Part shown: in pieces, positions 56,179-64,000 of the stretch
How positions within the stretch are numbered: position 1 is the stretch's first letter
Layout of the letters: every line of letters begins with the position of its first letter
Source of the DNA: a virus
DNA: 64,000 bases
IMG/VR virus record: IMGVR_UViG_3300045988_121141
Location: 1 to 64,000 of that record
Strand: one strand, 5' to 3'
Notes under the pieces: generated by a model
Told to the model about the DNA's origin: nothing
What the model saw: only the letters and a program-made list of their open reading frames with translations
The model's database searches: none
Program-made: the position numbers and the translations under genes

Positions 56179-59160
56179 CTAATTATCGGTGACGCCTTTA
56201 ATGCGAAGCTGAATATTGGGAAGCACGGCATTAATCAAAGCCATTTTCTTATCCTCTTCGCTTTCTTTTTCATGCTGTTTATACATCATGCTGTAATCAC
56301 TGTCATCACCATCCTTTTTCCCGTCTAACGTCAGTAAATGATTTATGATGTCCTTACCATACGTTTCAGTCCATGTACGGAATCTCTCTTCCTCGGACTG
56401 TCTCTCCTGGGACGGGACTTCCGGGTTAGGAAGGGCGGCTGCCACTTCTACCTCTGGAAGTGTTACCGATGCTGCTATTTCAGCATCATCTCCGAATCCC
56501 ATTTGACCATACGAAGATACGGAATTTTCTTCAATTTCCAAACCAAGATTTTTAGCAACCTCCATAGCATAATTATAACGGTCATCGTTTCTTATAACAC
56601 TCTTATGAGGACGTCCTGCTCCTTGGTTCCAAGCTACTACAGCATCTTTCAGGTTATCGGCGTTCATAAAGTCCTGCCGGCTGTAGTTGTAATACCCTGG
56701 TCCTTCTTTTCCTTTTCTTGTGTATAAGAAATTAGAATATCCGGTTTTCCCTTCGTATTCATCAGCTAAAAACTCAAGTTGGTCTTTGAATGTTGGTGTA
56801 GAATGACCTTTCTTTTTGGCGTGCTTGAATAGCTTATCCATACGCTCATTATGCCATTGCTGTATGCCGTATGATGTTCTGTTGTCTCCGTATATGTCAT
56901 CTTTAAGACCGGATTCAGCCATGAGATTACCTATGATGGCAAGCGCTTGTATCTTGGACATACCTCGCTTATTAGTAAAGTAATCATATGCTTCACGCTG
57001 TTTTCCAATCACGCCGCCTTCCTCCATCTTACTTACATCATCTACTATACCCAACGTTGATATAACAGGATTTGCAATATCAAGTATATCATCCACTTTG
57101 TTTCCATATCTTCCCATAAAAGACATATTCCTTACCACATTCGTTCCTCCTATTGCTTCTGCCGCTCCACCAAGTATGCCGGCATAATTAAAGGCATTAT
57201 CACCTTCTGGATCTAAGGCAATCTGACTTCCATCAATACCTATATTGGACAATCCTGCTATGGTTTGTATCTTGCTACTTTCTGCTATTGTCTTAAGAAT
57301 TGGCATTAAATCTAATCCCATTTTATTATACAACCTAAGCATTCCAGGTGTGGAAGAAGCAACATCTGCAAGAGTAAGCAAAGATTCTGCCATTAACTTA
57401 TAAGGGTAAGCGTCCTCCTTGCTCTTGTTCTCCTTCCCCTTTTTAGCATCATCAATTCCCCCTTTTACCTTATCTATATCTATGGAATTTAAAAGATTAT
57501 TTATGATAGCGCCTATTTCTTCCCCGTTTCCATCTTTGGATATTATCAAATTTCCTATTTCACTATTTGAAAATCCGGCTATTCTTCTAAATTCGTCCTC
57601 ATCAATTTCACCTTTTTCAAGATCTGAATGAGCTTGTTCAAGTAATATCCTCCTCTTTTCTTGCCACTCCCCATTGTCATCTTGTCTTTTTACAATCTCA
57701 TCTCTCTTGTTTGGATCAATCCACCAATGTTTAGTTTCTCCACCTTCTCCGTATTTCCTTACAAACCTTTTAGGTAAAGCCTTGTCATTATTTCGAAGCA
57801 CACTACCTTTCTTAGGATCGTATTTGATACGTTCCCTTATTCTAAGAGGGACATCCCTTTCAGGTATGATGTCTTCCGCTATTTTCTTTCGACTAAAATC
57901 ATAATCATCCTTAACATCCAACATACCAGCATCAGGATCCCATCTTACACTGAAATTCTTCAACGCACCTAATCCGGAAGCTTCGTTTACTTTTTCAAAA
58001 TTGTCACCATATACTTCTTCTCTAAATGGACTTACACCTTCATTTACTAAAATCCATTTTCCTGGATTTTCAAATATATTTTTATTTAGTTTATCAAGGA
58101 CCTTCTTATAATCTATTATTTTTCGTTTACTTTTTTTATCAGCATCCTTATATGCCTCGTCAAGCATGTTGTTCATATACTCTTTATCTAATAAAGATTG
58201 TATCAAAATAGCTTGTTCTTGAGGCAATCCTACATACTGAGCGTCATCATCATCGTCATCAAAACGATACTTGCTTGCCGGCAATCTACTTATATCTCCA
58301 TCCGTGTAAGCTTTCCACATTTTTTCTTCAAAATCCGTGGCTGTATCTTCCCCCGATCGCTCTCTATTAGGATCCAACATACGTTTCATAGTAGGAATAA
58401 AATCGGCAATTAAACTAATAGGATCAGTGTCTAATATTGGATTAACGGATTCATACCACTTATCAGGATCAGCGTTATTGGATATACCAACTGATTTCAT
58501 ATTCGAATCAGATACCCTGACCTTATTTCCGTCATATCCTCTACCCACATAACCTGTATAATCATATTTAGCTTCCACATGGCGAGCGTCTTCGTATTTT
58601 GGACCATCAGTACCTTCTCCTACAGATTTGTCTTCTACTGGCTTGTTTTCAATCAGGACGTAGTTACTGTCGTCATCCACCGTCCAAGGCTGGTCTGTCG
58701 GCGTAGAGAACACCCGGCGCTCGAAGGCCCGGCGCTTCTTCTGGCCATCCATGTCGTCTTTCCATTCGTCATGATTTATTTCCTTAACCGCCTTATCAAA
58801 ATCTCCTTCTTTAAGATATTTGAATAGCATAGGACTTTTCATATAAGTATCAGCACCGGCATTGTAATACAAGCTAAAAAGAGCATCACGCTGATTATTG
58901 TTTAGATTATCAAAGTTTGGAGTAAGTTTCCTAAACTCAGGAACGAACGTATTTACTACGCCTGCAAATTCTTTGTCTGCTTGCTCTTCCGTTATACCCT
59001 TCTTGTATTTTTTAAGAAGGTGAGGCAAGTTAAATCCGTATCCGACAGTAATATTTCCTTCACCATCGTCATACGGTTTTGACCTAAATTTTTCCCACGA
59101 CTTCAAATATTTAAGAATATTTTCTGAAGGTTTCCAATCTGACTTACTCTTCTTTGCCAT
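56179..59160 (-). CDS. large virion protein with N-terminal GH24-like lysozyme domain and a second muralytic (phage-tail-lysozyme-like) domain (993 aa)
   Basis: N-terminus ILKYLKSWEKFRSKPYDDGEGNITVGYGFNL (T4-lysozyme-like E..D..T pattern); later ALAIIGNLMAESGL..YGIQQW region. Confidence 0.7.
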   Translation of the reverse strand: MAKKSKSDWKPSENILKYLKSWEKFRSKPYDDGEGNITVGYGFNLPHLLKKYKKGITEEQADKEFAGVVNTFVPEFRKLTPNFDNLNNNQRDALFSLYYNAGADTYMKSPMLFKYLKEGDFDKAVKEINHDEWKDDMDGQKKRRAFERRVFSTPTDQPWTVDDDSNYVLIENKPVEDKSVGEGTDGPKYEDARHVEAKYDYTGYVGRGYDGNKVRVSDSNMKSVGISNNADPDKWYESVNPILDTDPISLIADFIPTMKRMLDPNRERSGEDTATDFEEKMWKAYTDGDISRLPASKYRFDDDDDDAQYVGLPQEQAILIQSLLDKEYMNNMLDEAYKDADKKSKRKIIDYKKVLDKLNKNIFENPGKWILVNEGVSPFREEVYGDNFEKVNEASGLGALKNFSVRWDPDAGMLDVKDDYDFSRKKIAEDIIPERDVPLRIRERIKYDPKKGSVLRNNDKALPKRFVRKYGEGGETKHWWIDPNKRDEIVKRQDDNGEWQEKRRILLEQAHSDLEKGEIDEDEFRRIAGFSNSEIGNLIISKDGNGEEIGAIINNLLNSIDIDKVKGGIDDAKKGKENKSKEDAYPYKLMAESLLTLADVASSTPGMLRLYNKMGLDLMPILKTIAESSKIQTIAGLSNIGIDGSQIALDPEGDNAFNYAGILGGAAEAIGGTNVVRNMSFMGRYGNKVDDILDIANPVISTLGIVDDVSKMEEGGVIGKQREAYDYFTNKRGMSKIQALAIIGNLMAESGLKDDIYGDNRTSYGIQQWHNERMDKLFKHAKKKGHSTPTFKDQLEFLADEYEGKTGYSNFLYTRKGKEGPGYYNYSRQDFMNADNLKDAVVAWNQGAGRPHKSVIRNDDRYNYAMEVAKNLGLEIEENSVSSYGQMGFGDDAEIAASVTLPEVEVAAALPNPEVPSQERQSEEERFRTWTETYGKDIINHLLTLDGKKDGDDSDYSMMYKQHEKESEEDKKMALINAVLPNIQLRIKGVTDN

Positions 59161-59563
59161 CTTTTTCTTCCTCTAAGAATCCAAACATTTCATCTGCGCA
59201 ATTACCAACAAATCCGGCTATGTAAGCTGCGTGTTCATCTTCTCCCACCTTAAAGCCAAGAGACATATTACAATGTTGGCATACCGACATAGCTGCATGA
59301 AATGATTCATGACATATGTTTTGTATAGTCATATCATTCTCACTTTGAAAATTCCATAATAACTTAAAAGCTCTATCATCCCCCTTATCACGAACAAGAT
59401 TCATAAAAGAGACTTCTGAATCTAAATCGCCTTCATCTCCCCATTCTCCTTCATGATCCAATTCTGCATTCTCAAAACGATCACACAATGTTTTGTAATC
59501 TAACCCTATGGTGATAATCAACTTTAGTGGATATATCACAAAATCAAATTCTTTTTCTTTCAT
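59144..59563 (-). CDS. hypothetical protein with HExxH motif (CHESFHAAM), possible Zn-metallopeptidase-like (139 aa)
   Basis: ORF; single HExxH motif. Confidence 0.4.
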   Translation of the reverse strand: MKEKEFDFVIYPLKLIITIGLDYKTLCDRFENAELDHEGEWGDEGDLDSEVSFMNLVRDKGDDRAFKLLWNFQSENDMTIQNICHESFHAAMSVCQHCNMSLGFKVGEDEHAAYIAGFVGNCADEMFGFLEEEKDGKEE

Positions 59564-59569
59564 TCTTTT

Positions 59570-59624
59570 TTTTCAACAAATGTAAACAAAATAGCCGAAG
59601 AATGCCACCATTCATTCTCCGGCT
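59570..59624 (-). terminator. hairpin agccggagaatg..cattcttcggct followed by U-rich tract (minus strand) after the Ro60 gene
   Basis: 11/12-bp stem 45 nt after stop of 59670..61304. Confidence 0.4.
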
Positions 59625-59669
59625 TGTTATGATAAATCTCTTCTTATGAAAACAGTACGAATGTAAGAT

Positions 59670-61304
59670 TTAAATCTTAATCTTCTTAATTTCATCAATC
59701 ATATTCTTATATCCGCAGAACTTGCTGTTAATAACATCGAAGATAGATTCTGACCAGCCAGCTATGTTCAAGATATTAGATCCTCTGTAAAACATCTCAC
59801 TTCCATATCCTTGAATAGAAATAGAAACGATTTTGCAATTTGGATTCACTTTCTTGAACCCTTTCAAAAGTTCGGCGAATTTGCCATATCCATAACTGGA
59901 ACTTTTCTCCCATACAACAGATTCACCGTCTCCTATCTGCATATCTGAAATAACGTACAAGTTATCTACTTTGATCTTATCTTTAACGCACTTATCCAAG
60001 AATGCAAAAAGACCGTTTTCAGTGGCACCACCGCATTCTCCTCCGGCAGTAAAAGATTTTTTGTTATTCCATAAAACACCTTTACTTCTATCATATTCGT
60101 AATTGATAAGTTTGTCACCAAACATACCAATAAATACGTCAGGAAGCACAGAAGCAATCATACAGCCAAACAAGTTGCCAATGACAGCCGTACTTGTTTT
60201 GCTAAAGGCAGACACCTCAGAAGATCCTCCCATATCTCCACGTACAGAGCCAGAGTGGTCAATCAGGATAGCCGACCGCCCCTCCAATACCGGCAGGTTC
60301 TTGCAGGAGATGGTTATGGCTTTCTCCAACGCATCTAAAATCTTATATTTGTTACGCGCTGTTAATTTAGCACGTTTTTTATCCGACTCAAATACAATAT
60401 CATTATCGGAACCATCAGTGCCTATATTTTCAACCTCTTTGAAAGCTGAAGCAAAACGGAAAGGAAGCATCTTCGAATTAAGCACCTTCTCTTCTATTGT
60501 AAGCTGCCTACAAACTTCATCTATTTGATCAGGTGCGTATTTGATTATGTTTACAAGATTACGAACCATATTAAAAATAGGCATACCTTTTACATTAGAA
60601 ACCACGTCCCGAATAGCGTCACCTAAAGCTTCTTTCTTTTCCTTATTGTCTTTCTTATCCTGACCGGCCTTAGACATCTCTTTTTCAAGAATCTTGCTTT
60701 CGTATAATCCAGACAAAGATCGACCTTCTATAAGATACTGGAAAGCTGTTTTATTAACCTGATTGCTTTTGGGGTGAAATAAATTCACAAGATCAATCAT
60801 CGTAATAACCCTACTGTCCATCTTGTACTTGTCAATCCGATACGGATCAAGACCTTCCAGGGCCGTCTTAAACCCTTTCTTAATAGCGCTGGATATTCCT
60901 CTTAACTTCTTTGGATTTTTGTCGTTAAGAGCCGCATAGCAGCCAAGGATTTCGCTCATATCATCAGGACGCATAACGATCTTATTATAGAACCTTGAAG
61001 CCCATTCCTTACCCGATGCTTTGCTGGCAAGGACAGAAGCCATAAGATGCGTTACCGACCTAAGCTTTCCTTCTTTCCTGACATACAATGCTGTTTGTGC
61101 TGCGAAATATGGATCTACTTGATCCATAAGGTCCTTAATCCTGTTCACCTTGTCTTTTTCTTTCTCATAATAAGAATCAGACAACATGGTAGTCATTACC
61201 GTAGATACCAACTCTTCTTCTGCGTTAGGCTTATACGCCTTCTCTCCCATGTGATTCACGATCGTAGGTTTAACACCTTCATCCTTTTTGTTAAACTTTC
61301 CCAT
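59670..61304 (-). CDS. rsr: Ro60 ortholog (TROVE domain plus C-terminal von Willebrand A domain with MIDAS)
   Basis: N-terminal TROVE-like segments alignable to Ro60 (..TMLSDSYYEKEKDK..RIKDLMDQ..HLMASVLASKAS vs human GGTYYIKEQKL..ALIRLIED..FALAIASQCS); C-terminal vWA: ILIDHSGSVRG (DxSxS MIDAS), GGECGGATENG; 544 aa like Ro60. Confidence 0.75.
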   Translation of the reverse strand: MGKFNKKDEGVKPTIVNHMGEKAYKPNAEEELVSTVMTTMLSDSYYEKEKDKVNRIKDLMDQVDPYFAAQTALYVRKEGKLRSVTHLMASVLASKASGKEWASRFYNKIVMRPDDMSEILGCYAALNDKNPKKLRGISSAIKKGFKTALEGLDPYRIDKYKMDSRVITMIDLVNLFHPKSNQVNKTAFQYLIEGRSLSGLYESKILEKEMSKAGQDKKDNKEKKEALGDAIRDVVSNVKGMPIFNMVRNLVNIIKYAPDQIDEVCRQLTIEEKVLNSKMLPFRFASAFKEVENIGTDGSDNDIVFESDKKRAKLTARNKYKILDALEKAITISCKNLPVLEGRSAILIDHSGSVRGDMGGSSEVSAFSKTSTAVIGNLFGCMIASVLPDVFIGMFGDKLINYEYDRSKGVLWNNKKSFTAGGECGGATENGLFAFLDKCVKDKIKVDNLYVISDMQIGDGESVVWEKSSSYGYGKFAELLKGFKKVNPNCKIVSISIQGYGSEMFYRGSNILNIAGWSESIFDVINSKFCGYKNMIDEIKKIKI

Positions 61305-61332
61305 TTGTTGTTGTTTTCTTTAAAGTGTTATA

Positions 61333-61375
61333 CAAAAAAAAGCAGTGATATTACTACCACTGCTTGAAAAAAAAA
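61333..61375 (-). terminator. intrinsic terminator between ncRNA cluster and Ro60 gene
   Basis: agcagtg-N10-cactgct hairpin flanked by A8 / T9 runs. Confidence 0.45.
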
Positions 61376-61424
61376 TATATCAAAATGAATACTCAATGAG
61401 GGAAAACCTGAAGTTAGTGTAAAC

Positions 61425-61530
61425 AATCAAATAATGGATTTGAACCATTGACACATATCTTAAAAGGATATTGCTCTACCATCTGAGCTAAATTCGAAGT
61501 AACTAACCCCATCACCACTCATTAGTTTCT
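61425..61530 (-). ncRNA. tRNA-like module 1 (D-arm, UUU anticodon-like arm, T-arm) lacking a conventional acceptor stem; flanks form a long imperfect stem
   Basis: Minus strand: TAGCTCAGATGGTAGAGC (D-arm), ATATC-CTTTTAA-GATAT, GTGTC, AATGG-TTCAAAT-CCATT; 5' TCGAATT cannot pair with 3' ATTTGAT, but AATGAG..GTTAG upstream pairs with CTAAC..CTCATT downstream. Confidence 0.45.
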
Positions 61531-61539
61531 TATGTCTTT

Positions 61540-61626
61540 CAAACAGAGGAAAAGCGGAGACGGAGAATTAAAATGATATATCGGCCTCATTCGAAGTAAC
61601 CGTACTCCTCACCATCTGTATATTTT
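61540..61626 (-). ncRNA. module B: repeat motif plus long imperfect stem without tRNA-like arms
   Basis: TACAGATGGTGAGGAGTACGGTTACTTCGAATG followed by CTCCGTCTCCGC..CCTCTGT able to pair back. Confidence 0.25.
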
Positions 61627-61633
61627 ATTAAAA

Positions 61634-61760
61634 CAGGGATAACTTGGAAGGTGTTTTAAAGGAGGTTTTGATCTACCAACTGATCTAATTTTTCTTACAT
61701 GAAAAATACAGGACTCGAACCTGTGACACAAACCGAAGTATCACCTTCCATCACCACTGT
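61634..61760 (-). ncRNA. YrlA-like Y RNA candidate: permuted tRNA-like module (T-arm, loop-closed acceptor stem, D-arm) embedded in a long 5'/3' stem
   Basis: Minus strand order: GGAAGGTG..GGTTTG / TGTGTC / ACAGG-TTCGAGT-CCTGT / ATTTTTC-atgtaa-GAAAAAT / TA / GATC-AGTTGGTA-GATC / CAAAACC..CACCTTCC; termini pair (GGAAGGTG with CACCTTCC, GGTTTG with CAAAACC). Confidence 0.45.
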
Positions 61761-61903
61761 TTTTGTATTATAATCTCTCTTGATTACGATGCAAATATAG
61801 ACATTCAAATATGATTTACAAATTAAAATGATTTAAAATAGATTAATTTGAATAAATTAACACACAGACAATATAATAGGAAGTATTGTATTGTATATTT
61901 GCG

Positions 61904-61911
61904 TATAACAT
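61904..61911 (+). promoter_or_regulatory. Bacteroidota-type -7 box TAtaTTTG upstream of T5orf172 gene
   Basis: Exact TAnnTTTG 16 nt before ATG at 61927. Confidence 0.35.
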
Positions 61912-61926
61912 AAAAAAAATAAATAC

Positions 61927-62538
61927 ATGGATAGATATATTGTTGATTTACTATTAAATGAAGACGACTCTCCGTTTAATAGTAAAAATTTTAAAATAAT
62001 AGAATTTGAAGAAAATGACAATGAAAAAGTATATAACCTATTCAATAAAGTGTACGGAGAAAATGTAAGTATTATTTTCATTGATAGTGGATTTGGAGTA
62101 TTAACGTTTATAAATGATAACATGATGAGACAAGTTGATTTGTATATCATGCTGCAATCTTTATCCGTTATATACGAAGATGCTATAGATGTAATATCCA
62201 TATTGTTCGGTAAAAACGCATCACTCCTTACAGTATGTAACAAACCAGCCCCAGTCACGCATGATAAAAATTCCAGTGGTGATATTAATACCTATATAAT
62301 TAAAGATAGTTCGAGTGGTTTATTTAAAATAGGGAAAAGCCGTAACCCTATTGAAAGACTTAAAACGCTATCTATCGGGAATCCTAATTTATCTATAATA
62401 GGAGTATGCAATAAAAATGTAGAATTATTAATACATAAAGAATATGATTCGGTAAGAGTAGGTGGAGAATGGTTCAGAATGGATAATAATGATATTTGCC
62501 ATATAATAAAGAAATACGGATTTATATGTGTAGAATAA
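61927..62538 (+). CDS. T5orf172/MUG113-type GIY-YIG-superfamily domain protein (203 aa)
   Basis: C-terminal GLFKIGKSRNPIERLKTLSIGNP...ELLIHKEYDSVRVGGEWFRMD matches T5orf172 domain pattern; lone plus-strand gene in minus-strand block. Confidence 0.55.
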   Translation: MDRYIVDLLLNEDDSPFNSKNFKIIEFEENDNEKVYNLFNKVYGENVSIIFIDSGFGVLTFINDNMMRQVDLYIMLQSLSVIYEDAIDVISILFGKNASLLTVCNKPAPVTHDKNSSGDINTYIIKDSSSGLFKIGKSRNPIERLKTLSIGNPNLSIIGVCNKNVELLIHKEYDSVRVGGEWFRMDNNDICHIIKKYGFICVE

Positions 62539-62541
62539 AAA

Positions 62542-62575
62542 ATCACCCTCTACTTATTGAAAAGTAGAGGGTGAT
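62542..62575. terminator. strong bidirectional hairpin terminator between convergent genes
   Basis: 13-14 bp perfect stem (atcaccctctactt / aagtagagggtgat), loop attgaa; U-tract on minus side. Confidence 0.6.
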
Positions 62576-62581
62576 ACGATA

Positions 62582-63925
62582 TTATCTATTCTTAATCTTA
62601 TCCTCAGAAATCAACCACTGGAATATAATCTTCCGGTTGCTAATTACTTTCTTTATCCTCATCAGCATCCAACTTCCTCTTAACCTATCAAGCCATGACC
62701 GTCTAAAATTAAGAGAATCAGGATTAACCGACTTATTTATATCGTTATCGTCCTTGATCCAGATAGGTGTTTCAGATCGGTCATCGTCAACCCTATTAAA
62801 GAAGTCGTTTAACTTATGTCTTCTATATACTTCAGTATCCAGAACCTCGGTATGGTCGCCTACGATCTTCGGATACGATATACGTTGCGCTAAATTATTC
62901 TTTTCTTCTGGAACAAGATGAATTTCACCTGAGTTGTTTGTGTCGTTGTAGATAGTTATCGTATCTAAACCTACTTTTCTATCAAGAGTGTAATTCACAT
63001 CATCAACGTATTTCCTTGCGTCAAGCTCATACTCAACAGAAGCCAGCGTAGAACCATTATATTTCTCTTTTATCGGAACTTCTAATATAAATGGATATGT
63101 TGTTCCATAAAACGTTTGAAAGCTTTTATTCGTCAGCAAATGACTCCATAAGCCACCTTCTTCGTCTGATGCCGGGAAGTTTATACCTGTTTGGAAATAT
63201 TGTTGCTGTTCTATATAATAGTCGGGGCAGAACGAATAATAAGAAATCCATTCTTGCTTCAAACACGAATACCCGATAGTGAACGACACATCCTTGAAAT
63301 ACTGTTCGTCTTTTAAGGATATTTCCTTATCGTTTGACAACACCTCTGTTTCATTGTACAAGAACCTTCCACCATCATATTTATAATATGCCGGGTTCTT
63401 AACAGGTATATAATCTTTTTTCGTGATAAGTACCCTCTTATACCTATTATCCCATCCAAGAGACAGACCAAGACCTATAAATTTATTATCCGTATCTTCT
63501 TCTGTCATCTCTGTACCGGTTAAGATATTAGTTATTCCGTATCTAAGAATCTTAAACGGAAGATGACGCTTAAGCCAATGTCTGATACCTACACTAAGTT
63601 CCTTAAGATTACGTCCGTTTGGATCGGTCATGAACACCTGTGCTCTTTTAGTATCTACCCAGAAATGACCAAATTCTGAACTAATTATTTCAGTACTCTG
63701 GGTTCCAGAATAACCAAGGTCGGTCGTGTTGTACTCCAGAGGCCGGGACGCAAACAGACCGCCGGTGCCCATCTCAGCCTGCCCTGGGGAGGTGCGCTCC
63801 TTGATTACGTCTATGGCGTTATGGAGCGAAACTTGATCCTCGAACCTGACAAGAATCTGATTAGACTCAATACGCTTCATATGGATCAGTTTACCGTTAC
63901 TGGTAGGGAACTCATGATAATCCAT
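62582..63925 (-). CDS. hypothetical protein (447 aa), possibly structural
   Basis: Long ORF ending just before terminator. Confidence 0.6.
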   Translation of the reverse strand: MDYHEFPTSNGKLIHMKRIESNQILVRFEDQVSLHNAIDVIKERTSPGQAEMGTGGLFASRPLEYNTTDLGYSGTQSTEIISSEFGHFWVDTKRAQVFMTDPNGRNLKELSVGIRHWLKRHLPFKILRYGITNILTGTEMTEEDTDNKFIGLGLSLGWDNRYKRVLITKKDYIPVKNPAYYKYDGGRFLYNETEVLSNDKEISLKDEQYFKDVSFTIGYSCLKQEWISYYSFCPDYYIEQQQYFQTGINFPASDEEGGLWSHLLTNKSFQTFYGTTYPFILEVPIKEKYNGSTLASVEYELDARKYVDDVNYTLDRKVGLDTITIYNDTNNSGEIHLVPEEKNNLAQRISYPKIVGDHTEVLDTEVYRRHKLNDFFNRVDDDRSETPIWIKDDNDINKSVNPDSLNFRRSWLDRLRGSWMLMRIKKVISNRKIIFQWLISEDKIKNR

Positions 63926-64000
63926 AGGTTTATACGTTAGCCACGGATCTGTTTGGCTATTTTCAGATACGTCAGCCCTACTCCATATAACACCATTAGG

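Noticed and set aside
61425-61512. Canonical tRNA-Lys(UUU) call
   Set aside because: D, anticodon and T arms are perfect but the 5' seven nucleotides (TCGAATT) cannot pair with the 3' seven (ATTTGAT) by hand-checking, so I report it as tRNA-like rather than a tRNA; a tRNA finder should confirm.
1-64000. CRISPR array, rRNA, integrase/attachment site, terminase/portal/capsid genes
   Set aside because: No spaced direct-repeat array, no rRNA-like segment, no recombinase motifs (Tyr/Ser) recognised; packaging/capsid genes presumably lie outside this window.

Overview
This AT-rich 64 kb window looks like part of a large tailed dsDNA phage genome. The host is probably a Bacteroidota bacterium, because TAnnTTTG-type -7 promoter boxes appear upstream of several genes. 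The giant virion proteins (2137, 2214, 1019, 948 and 993 aa), the primase-like gene, the DnaB-like helicase and the SF2 helicase give it a Crassvirales-like flavour. Coordinates 35-23002 are a tightly packed plus-strand replication/early module. It contains a primase-like protein, a DnaB-like helicase, an SF2 helicase, a Cas4/RecB-like nuclease and a dATP/dGTP pyrophosphohydrolase-like protein, plus many small unknowns. Two IS200/IS605-type RNA-guided nuclease genes are embedded in this module. One is a 408-aa IscB with PLMP, RuvC and HNH motifs and a ~290-nt non-coding leader that is a candidate omegaRNA. The other is a 410-aa TnpB-like gene in a TnpA-less IS-like insertion, with the RuvC-II Glu and the zinc-finger cysteines apparently missing. 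The module also carries an ACP-like, NfeD-like and flotillin/SPFH gene trio. From 23066 to the end the genome is mostly minus-strand. It holds the giant ejection/virion proteins and an island of small accessory genes that includes a DUF2829/Tad2-like domain, an HU-like protein and an RG-repeat protein. There is also a family of MRRR[YF]-N-terminal proteins with duplicated junction sequences. The most striking locus is a clear Ro60 (TROVE+vWA) ortholog at 59670..61304. It lies directly beside a 350-nt non-coding cluster of tRNA-like / Y-RNA-like modules, one of them a permuted YrlA-type tRNA mimic, preceded by a thrice-repeated ~30-nt motif. A second non-coding region (55741-55915) carries three hairpins with a conserved 11-nt loop and covarying stems. 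No CRISPR array, rRNA or canonical tRNA could be confirmed.
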